DNA of 64,000 nt from an uncultured Acidobacteriota bacterium (GTDB lineage: Bacteria > Acidobacteriota > Thermoanaerobaculia > UBA5066 > DATFVB01): contig OY970224.1 in assembly GCA_963714035.1 (NCBI GenBank), positions 1,375,688 through 1,439,687 of the forward strand, written 5' to 3'. Below the pieces are notes generated by a model that worked only from the letters and a program-made list of their open reading frames with translations, had not been told where the DNA came from and made no database searches. Shown piece by piece: positions 8,650-20,167 of the stretch. A program made the position numbers and the translations under genes. The first letter of the stretch is position 1. Each line of letters begins with the position of its first letter.

Positions 8650-10488
8650 ATGCCGCGCGCCCTTCGAGCCGCTGCCGCCGGGACGGCGATCCTCTGCTCG
8701 CTTTCGCACCTCGCCGGCGGCGCCGGTTGGGAGGCCCGCTATCGCCTGGCGAGGCGCGGGCTCATCGCGTTCGCGGAGCGGGCGCCGGATCGGCTGCTGC
8801 TGACGAGCAACGAGTCGGGCGCCTTCCAGCTCGAAACGCGCGATCTCGCTCGGAAGACGAGGCACGTTCTCACGCACGGCAGCGCGGGTCGAACGGCAGG
8901 GGCGATCTCTCCGAACGGCAAATTCGTGTATTACGTCGAAGACACGGGCGGAAGCGAGGTCGGATCCTGGGTGCGTGTCCCCTTCGAAGGCGGCTCTCCG
9001 GAAAAGGTGGCGCCCGGAATCGCCGGATCGAGCACCGGCATCGCCTTCGACCGCTCCGGGCGGTTCGTCGTCGTCGGAACCTCCGGCGCCGACGGTTTCC
9101 GGTTCGACCGCGTCGAGTCGATCGGCAGCGCGACGACGCTCTACCGATCGAAGAACGAGGCGTATGGCCCCGCGCTTTCGGCGGACGGGAAGTACCTTTC
9201 CCTCGTCGAGACCGAACGGAAGAACGACCGGCACTACGCGACGCTCGTCCTCGACGCGAAGACCGGAGAACGCATGGCCGAGCTCTGGGACGGCGAGGGA
9301 AACAGCGTCACCGCGGGTCGCTGGTCGCCGGTCCCGGGCGACCAGCGGCTCCTCGTCCAGTCCGATGTTTCCGGATTCGTGCGCCCCGGCGTCTTCGACG
9401 CGGCGAGCGGTAAGCGGTCGGAACTCGTCGTGTCGCTTGCCGGCGAAGTCACCGCGGAAGACTGGTCGCCGGAGGCGGGAGCGGTCCTGCTGAAGCAGCA
9501 CATCGGAGGCCGAGACCGGATCTACCGCTTCGCCCTGTCGTCGCGGTCCATCCAGCCGATCCCTCTCGGAGAGGGATCCGTCGGCGACTGCGGCTTCCAG
9601 CCGGGCGGAACGGTCCGGGCGATGTTCCAGAGCGCGGCCGCCACACCCCGGCTCGTCGAGATCGATCCCGCCACGGGGCGCGCCGAAACGATTCTGGCCA
9701 GCGAGAATGCACCACCGGGAACGCCGATGAAGCCGGTCGACTTCCCGGGCGCGGGCGCAGAGCGCGTCCCGGCGCTCCTCGGCGTCCCGAAGACGCCGAA
9801 CGGATCCGCGGTCGTCTGGCTGCACGGCGGCCCGCACTCGGAAACGACCGATTCGTTCTCGCCCGCGGTCCAGGCGTATCTCGACGAGGGGTTCGTCGTC
9901 CTCGCGCCGAACTACCACGGCTCGTCCGGCCTCGGGCGCGCCTGGGCGAATTCGGTCGTCGGCGACCCGATGACGCGCGAGCTCGCGGATCTGGCGGCCG
10001 CCCGGCAATACCTCCTGGAGGCGCATCTCGCGCGCAGCGGCGCAATCTTCCCCGTGGGCTGGTCCTACGGCGGCTACCTGACGCTCTGCGCTCTCGCGTT
10101 CCAGCCGGATCTCTGGGCCGGTGGAATCGCCGGAGCGCCGATCGCCGATTTCGCGATGCAGTACGACGATGCCCGGGCGGCCCTGCGCGGCTGGACGGTC
10201 ATGCTCTTCGGGGGAACGCCGGCCGAGAAGCCCGCGCTCTATCGGGATCGGTCGCCGCTCGCGCGCGCGGAAGCGATTCGCGCGCCGCTCCTGATCTTCG
10301 CCGGGAAGAACGACCGGCGCGCTCCACCGCGGCAGATCGAGGCGTTCGTCCGGAGGCTCTCGGCGGCGAAGAAGGACGTTTCGGTGCGCTGGTTCGAAGC
10401 CGGCCACGGGTCGCTCGCCGCCGACGAACAGATCGGGGAGATGCGCGAAGCGCTCGCGTTTCTGCGGCGGGTCGTCAGCTCCCGGTGA
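8650..10488 (+). CDS. S9 family serine peptidase (prolyl oligopeptidase/acylaminoacyl-peptidase-like) with N-terminal beta-propeller
   Basis: N-terminal propeller repeats ([21 protein letters not shown]); C-terminal alpha/beta hydrolase with nucleophile motif GWSYGG and WLHGGPH. Confidence 0.85.
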   Translation: MPRALRAAAAGTAILCSLSHLAGGAGWEARYRLARRGLIAFAERAPDRLLLTSNESGAFQLETRDLARKTRHVLTHGSAGRTAGAISPNGKFVYYVEDTGGSEVGSWVRVPFEGGSPEKVAPGIAGSSTGIAFDRSGRFVVVGTSGADGFRFDRVESIGSATTLYRSKNEAYGPALSADGKYLSLVETERKNDRHYATLVLDAKTGERMAELWDGEGNSVTAGRWSPVPGDQRLLVQSDVSGFVRPGVFDAASGKRSELVVSLAGEVTAEDWSPEAGAVLLKQHIGGRDRIYRFALSSRSIQPIPLGEGSVGDCGFQPGGTVRAMFQSAAATPRLVEIDPATGRAETILASENAPPGTPMKPVDFPGAGAERVPALLGVPKTPNGSAVVWLHGGPHSETTDSFSPAVQAYLDEGFVVLAPNYHGSSGLGRAWANSVVGDPMTRELADLAAARQYLLEAHLARSGAIFPVGWSYGGYLTLCALAFQPDLWAGGIAGAPIADFAMQYDDARAALRGWTVMLFGGTPAEKPALYRDRSPLARAEAIRAPLLIFAGKNDRRAPPRQIEAFVRRLSAAKKDVSVRWFEAGHGSLAADEQIGEMREALAFLRRVVSSR

Positions 10489-10969
10489 CGGTGAGCGTGG
10501 CGACGGACTTCAACGCCTCCCGGGTCGCCGAGAGCGTCAGACTGCGTTTCCCGTCCGGGCTGCGGAGAAGCAGCGTGTGCCCGTCGTCCGTCTTCATGTC
10601 CATCGCGGTCGTCCAGCCGGCGAGCTTCCCCTGGTAGAACTTCGCGACGTCGTCGGGCCAGTCGGAGGTTTCGATCGTCGCGGCGGTCGGGCCGTTGCGC
10701 GTGTCGACGGAGACCGCGACGTGGGCGCCCGGGTACATCGGGATGTCCTTCGGGAACCCGGCGGGGAAGCTCCCGGACGGGGCGGCGGGCATGGCCGCCG
10801 CGGTCGCGGTCCCGTCCACCGAGCGGATCGTCACGGTCTTTGCCGAGCGGTCGATCTCGACGTCCGTTCCGCCGGCGGATCCGGCTGCCGCCACCGTCTC
10901 GTTCTTCCGGCAGGCCGGCAGGGCCGCCGTGAGCAGAACACCGAGGATGACGCAGATTCGCTGGAGCAT
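10475..10969 (-). CDS. Hypothetical lipoprotein
   Basis: Signal peptide ending ...LTAALPAC (lipobox-like). No recognisable domain. Convergent with the S9 peptidase; 14-nt overlap of the 3' ends. Confidence 0.45.
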   Translation of the reverse strand: MLQRICVILGVLLTAALPACRKNETVAAAGSAGGTDVEIDRSAKTVTIRSVDGTATAAAMPAAPSGSFPAGFPKDIPMYPGAHVAVSVDTRNGPTAATIETSDWPDDVAKFYQGKLAGWTTAMDMKTDDGHTLLLRSPDGKRSLTLSATREALKSVATLTVTGS

Positions 10970-11028
10970 CGACCCTCTCCCCTCGCCGAGTTAAGCGGCT
11001 CCGCCGCTCGAACCCGGCGCCGGCTCTT

Positions 11029-12000
11029 TTATTCCGACTTGATCGCCTTCACGGCCTTCGTGAACTCCGGCACGAAGGGGAACAGGTCCGCGACGACCCC
11101 GTACGTCGCGACCTTGAAGATCGGAGCGTCCGCGTCCTTGTTGATCGCGACGATCACCTTCGACGTGCCCATTCCCGCGAGATGCTGGATCGCACCCGAG
11201 ATGCCGACGGCGACGTACAGCGTCGGAGAAACGACCTTTCCGGTCTGCCCCACCTGGTACTGATGGTCGATCCATCCGGCGTCGACGACGGCGCGCGAGG
11301 CGCCGAGCGCCGCTCCCCTGCCCATCGCCTCGACGAGGTCGCGAACGATCGGCCAGTTCTCCGGCCCCTTGATCCCGCGGCCGCCGGACACGATGACGTC
11401 CGCCTCGGTCACGTCGAGCTCCTTGCCGCCCGACGTCGTGATGCCGGTCACCTTCGCGCGGATCTCGAGAGCGCCGAGATCGAGCGCCTCGATCGCGGGA
11501 TCGGAGGCGGTTTCGTTGCGCTCCGCCGGAAAGACGTTCGGACGCGTCGTCGCGATGCGAAGCCCCGACGCCGCCTCGACGGTCGCGCGGGCCTTGCCGG
11601 AGTAGACGGGCCGGACACCGACGAGCTTTTCCCCTTCGACCTTCAATTCCATGACGTCGGCGAGCACCCCGGCGTCGTTCTTCGCGGCGAAGCGGGGGGC
11701 CACGTCCTTGCCCATCGCGGTCGCGGCGATCAGCACCGCATCCGGCGATTCCTTCTCGCGCGCGGCCTGGAGCGCGCCGACGTAGCCGCGGTTCGAATAG
11801 AGCGCGAGATCCTCGCGGTCGGCGACGTAGACCTTCCCCGCGCCGTACTTCCCGAGATCCCTCGCCGCGTCCGTGATCCCCTTCCCGGCGATGACCGCCG
11901 CGACCGGACCTCCCGCCAGCCTCGCGGCGAGCGAGAGCGCTTCGAGGGATGCCTTCCGGATCTTTCCGTCGCGCTGCTCGATGAAGACGAGGAATCGCAT
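11029..12000 (-). CDS. etfA: Electron transfer flavoprotein alpha subunit
   Basis: [14 protein letters not shown]... and C-terminal FAD-binding region (...[10 protein letters not shown]..., [12 protein letters not shown]). Start ATG 11998-12000 overlaps the etfB stop (ATGA). Confidence 0.9.
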   Translation of the reverse strand: MRFLVFIEQRDGKIRKASLEALSLAARLAGGPVAAVIAGKGITDAARDLGKYGAGKVYVADREDLALYSNRGYVGALQAAREKESPDAVLIAATAMGKDVAPRFAAKNDAGVLADVMELKVEGEKLVGVRPVYSGKARATVEAASGLRIATTRPNVFPAERNETASDPAIEALDLGALEIRAKVTGITTSGGKELDVTEADVIVSGGRGIKGPENWPIVRDLVEAMGRGAALGASRAVVDAGWIDHQYQVGQTGKVVSPTLYVAVGISGAIQHLAGMGTSKVIVAINKDADAPIFKVATYGVVADLFPFVPEFTKAVKAIKSE

Positions 12001-12791
12001 CAGAGCACCTTCGCTTCTTCGCGGAGCAGCCGCGCGAGCTCGCGCGCCGCTCCGGCGGGGTCGGAGGCCGCGCCCTCGGCCGAGGACTTCGGATCGCCTC
12101 CCGGAACGAAATGGCACGGCTTCGGCGGCGGAGGCAGCTCGAGCCGCGAGAGCGTCGTCTTCGGGGCGTGAGCCTCCGCGGCGCGTTCCTGGATCGGCTT
12201 CTTCTTCGCCGCCATGATTCCCTTGAGCGAGGCGTAGCGCGGCTCGTTCAGGCCCTTCTGGGCCGTGATCACGCAGGGCAGCGGGGACTCGACGTGCTCG
12301 TGCGCGCCTTCGATCTCGCGCTCGCAGGCGACCTTGCCGTCTCCCGCTTCGAACTTGACGACGTTAGCGACGTGCGGAACGCCGAGGAGCTCGGCGACCA
12401 TCGGCCCGACGAGAGACTCATCGAACCCGACGCCCTTCTGCCCGAACCACACGACGTCGCGGGGAACGTCCTTCACGGCCGCGGCGATGTTCTTGGCGAC
12501 CGCGAGCGCGTCCAGCGCATCGCCCTTCGAATCGATCCAGATGCCGTCGTCGGCGCCGCGGGCGAGGCATTCCCGGATGCCGGTCTTCGCGCGCTCCGGC
12601 CCGAGCGCAAGGACGGTCACCGTTCCCGCGCCCTTCGATTCCTTCGTCTTGATCGCCTCCTCGAGCGCGAACTCGTCGTAGGGCGAGACGATCCATTTCA
12701 CGTCGGACTCGTCGATCGACTTCCCGTCGGCGGCGACCTTGATCTTCGTCTCGGTGTCGGGAACGTAGGCGATGCAGACGATCGAATTCAT
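12000..12791 (-). CDS. etfB: Electron transfer flavoprotein beta subunit
   Basis: MNSIVCIAYVPDTETKIKV... with the EtfB signature (VSPYDEFALEEA). ATG at 12789-12791 (rc). Confidence 0.9.
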   Translation of the reverse strand: MNSIVCIAYVPDTETKIKVAADGKSIDESDVKWIVSPYDEFALEEAIKTKESKGAGTVTVLALGPERAKTGIRECLARGADDGIWIDSKGDALDALAVAKNIAAAVKDVPRDVVWFGQKGVGFDESLVGPMVAELLGVPHVANVVKFEAGDGKVACEREIEGAHEHVESPLPCVITAQKGLNEPRYASLKGIMAAKKKPIQERAAEAHAPKTTLSRLELPPPPKPCHFVPGGDPKSSAEGAASDPAGAARELARLLREEAKVL

Positions 12792-12842
12792 CGGCCCCTG
12801 TCTTCTCTCCGCGCCCGGTTCGTGGCGGTTTCCGCGACGCTT

Positions 12843-12858
12843 GTGAAAGATTTCACCA
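12843..12858. promoter_or_regulatory. CRP/FNR-family-like palindromic site TGTGA-N6-TCAC ~50-65 bp upstream of etfB
   Basis: ttGTGAAAGATTTCACc at 12841-12858 in the etfBA upstream region. Confidence 0.3.
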
Positions 12859-13147
12859 CGAGCGCGGGAAGATATCACGGGAGATCAGAAGCAGCGGATG
12901 CGAACGGAGCGGCGATGTGACGGGTTCACGCCGGCCGGAGGAGATCCACCGCGCACACAGTCGTGCGAACCACGACCGGGGTTCCTCGCTCGATCCGGCG
13001 CCGGCACCAACGCGCCGGCGAGCTCGCTCGGGACTGGCTCGCACACTGGCGTGTGCGGCGATCGCCGCGCCATGCACCTCCGGTGCATGGGCCGCTTCGC
13101 GGCCCGTCTTTCGCGCGCACGCGAAAAACACGCTCGAATCAGTCCTT

Positions 13148-13167
13148 CGCGCGCACATCCGTGCGCG
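13148..13167 (-). terminator. Possible fabF terminator hairpin (gcgcgcac-atcc-gtgcgcgc), with a T-run ~20 nt further downstream on the minus strand
   Basis: Perfect 8-bp stem with 4-nt loop immediately 3' of the fabF stop (13175). U-run (gtgttttt, rc of 13121-13128) is not adjacent, so weak. Confidence 0.25.
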
Positions 13168-13174
13168 CTGCGGA

Positions 13175-14425
<1,251 letters not shown>

Positions 14426-14428
14426 GGG

Positions 14429-14674
14429 TCAGCTTTTCTGCGCGTGCTTTTCGATGTAGTCGTAAGCGTCCTTGACCTTCTGGATCTTCTCGGCGTCCTC
14501 ATCCGGAATCTGGATGTTGAACTCCTCCTCGAAGGCCATGACCAACTCCACCGTGTCGAGCGAATCGGCGCCGAGATCGTCGACGAAGGAGGCTTCGGGC
14601 GTCACTTGCGCGGCATCGACCCCCAGCTGCTCGACGATCTTGCTCTTCACGCGCTCCTGAATGCTGTCCGCCAT
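14429..14674 (-). CDS. acpP: Acyl carrier protein
   Basis: [19 protein letters not shown]...[20 protein letters not shown] (phosphopantetheine Ser in DSLD). RBS GGAGGAG upstream of ATG 14672-14674. Confidence 0.9.
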   Translation of the reverse strand: MADSIQERVKSKIVEQLGVDAAQVTPEASFVDDLGADSLDTVELVMAFEEEFNIQIPDEDAEKIQKVKDAYDYIEKHAQKS

Positions 14675-14765
14675 CACTCCTCCTCGATCCAAATCTCTCG
14701 TTTTTAGCGCCTCGCGCCCAAGCCCGCGTATTCTACACGAGGGCATTCTTCCCGCAACCGGGCTT

Positions 14766-16574
14766 CTAGAGGGCCGGTCCCTCCGCCCCGAGCAGCTCGC
14801 GGCGAATCAGGGCGATCGGGATCGCTCCTTCCTTCAGGAACGCGTCGTGGAACTTCCCGAGATCGAAGGAAGCCCCTTCCCGGGCCTTCATCTGGTCGCG
14901 AAGCCGGACGATCATGAGCTTGCCGAGCTGGTAGCGGAGGTAACCGGGGTCCTGCGTCCCCCGCAGTGCCTCGACCATGGCGTTGTGGGGCGTCATGAAG
15001 GCGTTCTTCTGAAAGAACGCCGCCGCCTCGTCGACCGTCATCCCTTCGGTGTGAAGGGCGATTCCCGCCAGATAGCGGCACGCCCGCTGGAGCGCCGCCT
15101 GGATCTGCGCCAGCCGGTAGCTCGGATCGTCCCCGTGGAGCCCCTGGTCCAGCATCATCTCCTCGCAGTAGAGGGCCCACCCCTCGGCGTTGGCGCCCGA
15201 CGCGAAGAGCGACCGCACCCGGTCGGGATTCAGGCGGTTGTTCAGGAACTGCGCGTAGTGCCCGGGATACACCTCGTGGGCGGAAAAATTCGAGATCGAG
15301 GGAGCCGAGAAGAACTCGAGGAGCTGTTCGGCCTGTTCCGGCTTCCAGGACGGCTCGGGAAGCGTGACGTTGAAATAGGCCTCGGTCGCCTTCTCGAACG
15401 GGCCGGGCGTGTCCATCGACGCGAACGACGTCGCGCGCGCGAAGGGCGGCGTCTCCTGCACGATCGGCCGGACCTCGGAGGGCAGCGTCGCGAGCCGGTG
15501 CGAAACGACGAACGCGCGAAGATCCTCGAGCCCGGCCTTCACCGCCGGGATCACCTGGCTCGCCTCGGGATGCCGGCGCGCGAGGGCCTGATAGACCTCG
15601 GCGGGCGGCTTGCCCGGATCGATCTTCGCGGCCGTCTCCCGGAACTCGGCGAGCAGCCGGGCGAGCTCCTTCTTTCCGATGTCCTCGAGCGTCGAGATCG
15701 GCGTGTCGACCATGTCGTCGTCGGCGAGCATGCGCTGGTAGGCCGACGCACCGATCGCGAAATGCCCGTTCGCCCTCGTCAGGAGGTCGTCGTTCAGCCA
15801 CTTTCCGTAGGCTTCGATCGCCTCGATGACGCGCGCGTTCGCGTCGGCGAACGACTTCTTCGCCGGCCCCTCCGGGACGGCCGCGAAAGCCGCCGGCAGG
15901 TCGTTCCGGAAGAAGGAGAGCGTTCCCGGCATCTGCCGGAGCGCGATCTCGACCGAGACTTTCGGAGTCTCTCCGGGCGTCAGCATCGCGCGGGCGGCGG
16001 CGAGATTGGCGAGCGAGGCCCGCTCCCGCGCGGCCGCGATGCGCATTCGCTCGGCGAGCGGCGCGAAGTCGCGCTGGATCAGGCCGTAGATCGCGGCGGT
16101 CGGCAGATAGGAACCCGGATTGACGCGGGCCGTCTTCCATTCCGTCTCGCGGAGGACCTGGCCGTCGATGAACGCCAGCAGCCATTCCCGGTCCGACGCC
16201 TCGTGCGGGGAGAGGCCGCGCGGGTCGATCGACGAGAACCTTTTCTTCCAGGCGAGGGCCTGCGCGAGACGGCGGCGTCCGCCTTCCGCGGACCGGTCCG
16301 TGACGAGCTCGTCGAAGCGGTGCTCCCCTTCCTCCGTGGCGAGCTCGGGATGGAGCCGGAAGTTCTCCTCGACGAAACGGTCCACCTCGGTCTTGAAGGC
16401 TCCATCCCCGGAGCCGGCCGCGGCCATCGTGGAAGTTGCGGCCGGCGAGGCCGCGAGGGCGGCCGGCGACGCCGCGAGGGCGGCCGGCGACGCCGCGAGG
16501 GCGGCCGGTGAGGCCGCGAGGAATGCTGTCGCCACCGCCGCGAGAACGACGATCGGAAGCCGGAAGTCACGCAT
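14766..16574 (-). CDS. Secreted DUF885 family protein (possible metallopeptidase-like), inserted between fabG and acpP
   Basis: Start [15 protein letters not shown] with RBS GAGGAGG. Signal region contains the (ASPAALA)n repeat. Body matches the DUF885 pattern from memory (…[11 protein letters not shown]…, [10 protein letters not shown]). The upstream part of the listed 907-aa ORF overlaps fabG and is not coding. Confidence 0.7.
   Translation of the reverse strand: MRDFRLPIVVLAAVATAFLAASPAALAASPAALAASPAALAASPAATSTMAAAGSGDGAFKTEVDRFVEENFRLHPELATEEGEHRFDELVTDRSAEGGRRRLAQALAWKKRFSSIDPRGLSPHEASDREWLLAFIDGQVLRETEWKTARVNPGSYLPTAAIYGLIQRDFAPLAERMRIAAARERASLANLAAARAMLTPGETPKVSVEIALRQMPGTLSFFRNDLPAAFAAVPEGPAKKSFADANARVIEAIEAYGKWLNDDLLTRANGHFAIGASAYQRMLADDDMVDTPISTLEDIGKKELARLLAEFRETAAKIDPGKPPAEVYQALARRHPEASQVIPAVKAGLEDLRAFVVSHRLATLPSEVRPIVQETPPFARATSFASMDTPGPFEKATEAYFNVTLPEPSWKPEQAEQLLEFFSAPSISNFSAHEVYPGHYAQFLNNRLNPDRVRSLFASGANAEGWALYCEEMMLDQGLHGDDPSYRLAQIQAALQRACRYLAGIALHTEGMTVDEAAAFFQKNAFMTPHNAMVEALRGTQDPGYLRYQLGKLMIVRLRDQMKAREGASFDLGKFHDAFLKEGAIPIALIRRELLGAEGPAL
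16446..16524. repeat. 21-bp tandem repeat (~3.7 copies) encoding (ASPAALA)n in the DUF885 signal peptide
   Basis: cg(a/c)(g/c)gccgcgagggcggccgg repeated head to tail, 16446-16524. Confidence 0.8.
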
Positions 16575-16585
16575 CGAGAGCCTCC

Positions 16586-17326
16586 TCACATGTACAGGCC
16601 GCCGGAGACGTTCAACACGTGCCCGGTGACGTATCCCGCCTCGTCGGAGGCCAGGTAAACGGCCGCCCCCGCGACATCCTCTCCCGAGCCGAGGCGCTGG
16701 AGCGGGATCTGGGAAGCAAGCGATTCCTTCGCGGCATCCGTCATCTTGTCCGTCATCGCCGAGGTGATGAAGCCGGGTGCGATCGCGTTGACGGTGACCT
16801 GCCGCGAGCCGACCTCCCGCGCGAGCGACTTCGTGAGACCGACGAGCGCCGCCTTCGCCGCGGCGTAGTTCGCCTGGCCCGCATTGCCCATCAGGGCCAC
16901 CACCGAGGTGATGTTGATGATCCGCCCCGAGCGCTGCCGGATCATCATCTTGATCGCGGCCTGCGAAAGCAGGAACGCGCCGGTCAGGTTCGTCGCGATC
17001 ACGCGATCCCACGACTCCTTCGTCATCCGCAGGATCAGGTTGTCTTCGGTGATGCCGGCATTGTTGACGAGGACGTCGAGGCGCCCCTCGCCGTCGGCGA
17101 TTCCCTTGATCGCGGCGGCGACCGAGGCCGGGTCCGCCACATCGAGGGAAACCGCGCGGGCCTTGCCGCCCGCCGCCTCGATCGATCCGACCAGCGTCGA
17201 GAGCTTGTCGGCGCTCCGCGCCGCGCAGAGGACGGTCGCGCCTTCCGATGCGAACCGGCGGGCGATCGCTTCGCCGATCCCCTGGGAAGCGCCCGTCACG
17301 AGCGCGATCTTTCCGTCCAATCGCAT
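16586..17326 (-). CDS. fabG: 3-oxoacyl-[ACP] reductase
   Basis: SDR motifs TGASQGIG, NNAG, YAAAKAA. ATG 17324-17326 with GGAGG RBS. Confidence 0.9.
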   Translation of the reverse strand: MRLDGKIALVTGASQGIGEAIARRFASEGATVLCAARSADKLSTLVGSIEAAGGKARAVSLDVADPASVAAAIKGIADGEGRLDVLVNNAGITEDNLILRMTKESWDRVIATNLTGAFLLSQAAIKMMIRQRSGRIINITSVVALMGNAGQANYAAAKAALVGLTKSLAREVGSRQVTVNAIAPGFITSAMTDKMTDAAKESLASQIPLQRLGSGEDVAGAAVYLASDEAGYVTGHVLNVSGGLYM

Positions 17327-17406
17327 CGGTTCCTCCCCGCTTTTCGAACGACTTTCTACCACGGCGGCGGCGCGAACCCGCGGGGACGCCGCGATAAGAT
17401 CCGGCC

Positions 17407-18855
17407 ATGGCCGAAGTTCCGAGTCTCTCCAGCTTCGTCGGCGGCGTTTTCCGCCCTCCGGCGCAGGCCGGCTTCGTCGACGACGTCAACCCTTCCGACG
17501 CCTCCGACGTGATCGCGCGCGTGCCGGCGGGCGATCCGTCCGACGTGGATGCCGCCGTCGAGTGGGCGGCGGGCGCGCTCCCCGCCTGGCGCGGCCGGAC
17601 CGGGCCGCAGCGGGCCGAAGCGCTCTGGGCCTGGAGCGACGCGATCGCGGCCCGGCGCGAAGAGATCGCGCAGATGATGGCGCGCGAGGTCGGAAAGCCG
17701 ATCAGCGAGGCGCGCGGAGAGGCGGCGAGATGCGTCGCGATCCTCCGGTACTACGCGGGCGAATCGGTGCGCGAGATCGGCGAGGTCATTCCCGCGCAGG
17801 CCGCCGGCGCGCTGCAGTTCACGCTTCGGGAGCCTCTCGGCGTCGTCGCGCTCATCACTCCGTGGAATTTCCCGACCGCGATCCCGCTCTGGAAAACCGC
17901 TCCGGCGCTCGCTTTCGGGAACGTCGTCGTGCTGAAGCCCGCCGAAGCCGCGTCCCGCTGCGCCGTGCTGCTCGCGGAAACTGCCGCGGCGGCGGGAATT
18001 CCTCCCGGCGTCTTCAACGTGGTCCTCGGCTCCGGCGGGAAGATCGGTCCCCCGCTCGTCGGGCACGAGCGCGTCCGGGCGGTGAGCTTCACGGGCTCCG
18101 GCAACGTCGGCGCGCAGATCGCGGCCGCGGCGTCGCGGCGGAACATCCGCTACCAGACCGAAATGGGGGGGAAGAACGTCGTGATCGTCGCGCCCGACGC
18201 GGATCTCGATCTCGCCGCGACGCTCACCGTCGCCGGCGCGATGCGCTACGCGGGGCAGAAGTGCACGGCGACGAGCCGCGCCGTCGTCGACCGCCGGGTG
18301 CGCGACGCCTTCCTCGCGAAGGTCCGGGACCAGGTCGACGCTCTCGTGCTCGGCCCGGTGACGGACCCGGGGGCCGCCGTAGGCCCGCTCATCAGCCGCG
18401 AATCACAGGAGTCAATCGGTCGCGCGCTCGCCGGCGCGGCGCCGGAAAGCGTTCACGGCGGGAGACTCCCCGCCGGAGAGGCATGGTCCCGAGGGTTCTT
18501 CTGCTCGCCGGCCGTCGTTCAGAACGCCGATCCCGACTCTCCGATCGCCCGGGACGAGCTCTTCGGTCCCGTCCTCGCGACGTTCGAAGCCTCCGATCTC
18601 GACGAGGCAATCGCGCTCGCCAACCGGACCGAGTACGGGCTCTCGGCTTCCCTGTTCACGCGCGACATCAAATCGGCGCTCGCGTTCATCCCGAAGATCG
18701 AGGTCGGCCTCGTCCGGATCAACGGCGACACGACCGGGGTCGATCCGCATGCGCCGTTCGGCGGGATGAAGGGCTCGAGCTCCGGGAGCCGCGAGCAGGG
18801 CCCGGCCGCGCGCGATTTCTACACCGAGATCAAGACGGTCCAGATCAATCCGTGA
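17407..18855 (+). CDS. NAD(P)-dependent aldehyde dehydrogenase; by context 2-oxoglutarate semialdehyde dehydrogenase
   Basis: ALDH family motifs (ITPWNFP, catalytic GQKCTA, ELGGK-like EMGGKN, FTGSGNVG). Context assignment only. Confidence 0.8.
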   Translation: MAEVPSLSSFVGGVFRPPAQAGFVDDVNPSDASDVIARVPAGDPSDVDAAVEWAAGALPAWRGRTGPQRAEALWAWSDAIAARREEIAQMMAREVGKPISEARGEAARCVAILRYYAGESVREIGEVIPAQAAGALQFTLREPLGVVALITPWNFPTAIPLWKTAPALAFGNVVVLKPAEAASRCAVLLAETAAAAGIPPGVFNVVLGSGGKIGPPLVGHERVRAVSFTGSGNVGAQIAAAASRRNIRYQTEMGGKNVVIVAPDADLDLAATLTVAGAMRYAGQKCTATSRAVVDRRVRDAFLAKVRDQVDALVLGPVTDPGAAVGPLISRESQESIGRALAGAAPESVHGGRLPAGEAWSRGFFCSPAVVQNADPDSPIARDELFGPVLATFEASDLDEAIALANRTEYGLSASLFTRDIKSALAFIPKIEVGLVRINGDTTGVDPHAPFGGMKGSSSGSREQGPAARDFYTEIKTVQINP

Positions 18856-19083
18856 TGTTGCTGTCGAGAGTGCTCATCGGCAGCTCACCGTCGAGAGCCT
18901 TCGTCGGCGTTGGAAAATTCGAAATCCGAAACGCCAGACTCGAACCAATCGCGAAAACCGAATGACCGAAATCGCAAAGCGGGACCCCGTTTCGAGCTTC
19001 GATATTTGGATTTGTTTCGGATTTCGAAATTCGGACTTCGAATTTTGGATGCCTCGAGCGCCGCGGTCGGGCGAACGCCACCG
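18856..19083. promoter_or_regulatory. Unusual low-GC intergenic region with multiple TTCGAA-centred palindromes and long imperfect inverted repeats upstream of the hydroxyproline epimerase gene
   Basis: aaattcgaaatccgaaac ... gtttcggatttcgaaattcggacttcgaatt; reverse-complementary arms ~18 nt long. GC content far below the ~70% window average. Confidence 0.35.
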
Positions 19084-20031
19084 ATGAAGCTTCCCGAGAA
19101 GATCCGCGTAATCGACTCCCACACCGAGGGCGAGCCGACCCGCGTCGTCGTCGAGGGATGGCCGCCGCCCGCGGGCGCGACGATGGAAGAGCGACGCCGG
19201 GACATGAAGGCGAACTTCGATCCCCTTCGACGCGCCGTCCTGTGCGAACCGCGCGGGCACGAGGCGGTCGTCGGGGCGCTGCTCACGCCGCCCGTGCACG
19301 ACGGATCGCTCGCCGGCGTCGTCTTCTTCGACAACGCCGCTTATCTCGGGATGTGCGGCCACGGAACGATGGGGGTCGTCCGGACGCTCGAATACCTGGG
19401 GCGCCTCGCGCCGGGCCCCGTCGCGCTCGACACGCCCGCTGGCACGGTTTGTGCCGAGCTCGCCGTGGACGGCTCCGTCACGATCGAGAACGTCCCGGCG
19501 TTCCTGCACGCCCGGGACGTCTCGGTCGAGGTGCCGGGCGTGGGCCGCGTGACCGGCGACGTCGCGTACGGCGGAAACTGGTTCTTCATCACGCCCTGGG
19601 AGCCTCCGCTCGTGGCTTCCGACATCGACGAGCTCACGCGGGTCACGCGCGCGATCTCGGAGGCGCTCCGGCGGGACGGGGCGACCGGCGCCGGCGGCGC
19701 GGAAATCGATCACATCGTGCTGTTCGGCGAGAGCGACCGTCCCGACGCCGACCGCAAGAATTTCGTGCTTTGCCCGGGAAACGCGTACGACCGCTCGCCG
19801 TGCGGCACCGGAACGTCGGCGACGATGGCGATGCTGCACGGGCGCGGACGCCTCGCCCTCGGCCAGGTCTGGCGGCAGGAAAGCATCATCGGCAGCCTTT
19901 TCCAGGGCTGGCTCTCCGCGCGGGGCGATGCCCTCGTGCCGCACGTGCGAGGGACGGCGTTCGTGACGGGAGAGGCCACCCTGCGCTTCGATCCGCGAGA
20001 CCCGTTCCGGCTGGGGATTCCGCCGGCATGA
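19084..20031 (+). CDS. 4-hydroxyproline 2-epimerase (proline racemase family)
   Basis: IRVIDSHTEGEPTRVV N-terminus. Both catalytic Cys contexts present (LGMCGHGT and SPCGTGTSA), i.e. Cys/Cys = epimerase/racemase type. Strongly resembles Pseudomonas HypE/LhpA as recalled. Confidence 0.85.
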   Translation: MKLPEKIRVIDSHTEGEPTRVVVEGWPPPAGATMEERRRDMKANFDPLRRAVLCEPRGHEAVVGALLTPPVHDGSLAGVVFFDNAAYLGMCGHGTMGVVRTLEYLGRLAPGPVALDTPAGTVCAELAVDGSVTIENVPAFLHARDVSVEVPGVGRVTGDVAYGGNWFFITPWEPPLVASDIDELTRVTRAISEALRRDGATGAGGAEIDHIVLFGESDRPDADRKNFVLCPGNAYDRSPCGTGTSATMAMLHGRGRLALGQVWRQESIIGSLFQGWLSARGDALVPHVRGTAFVTGEATLRFDPRDPFRLGIPPA

Positions 20032-20167
20032 TCCGGCCGCGTTTCGAAGCCCGAAACCGTTTCGGAGCTCGGGAGGCCGGCGTTTCGTGTATTGTTTCGA
20101 GGCCGGTGTTGCGGATCCCGACCTCCCGGCGGGGGGCGCGTCCGTGTCGACTCCGGGATCGCCGGGC

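Noticed and set aside
6452-8803. 783-aa plus-strand ORF antisense to the M49 peptidase
   Set aside because: R/D/E/L-rich artefactual translation. The opposite strand carries HExxGH/EExRAE motifs.
8587-10407. 606-aa minus-strand ORF antisense to the S9 peptidase
   Set aside because: Antisense to a gene with a clear GxSxGG catalytic motif; composition is typical of spurious high-GC ORFs.
16575-17489. Upper third of the 907-aa ORF 14766..17489
   Set aside because: Out of frame relative to fabG, which it overlaps. The DUF885 gene is taken to start at ATG 16572-16574 with a GAGGAGG RBS.
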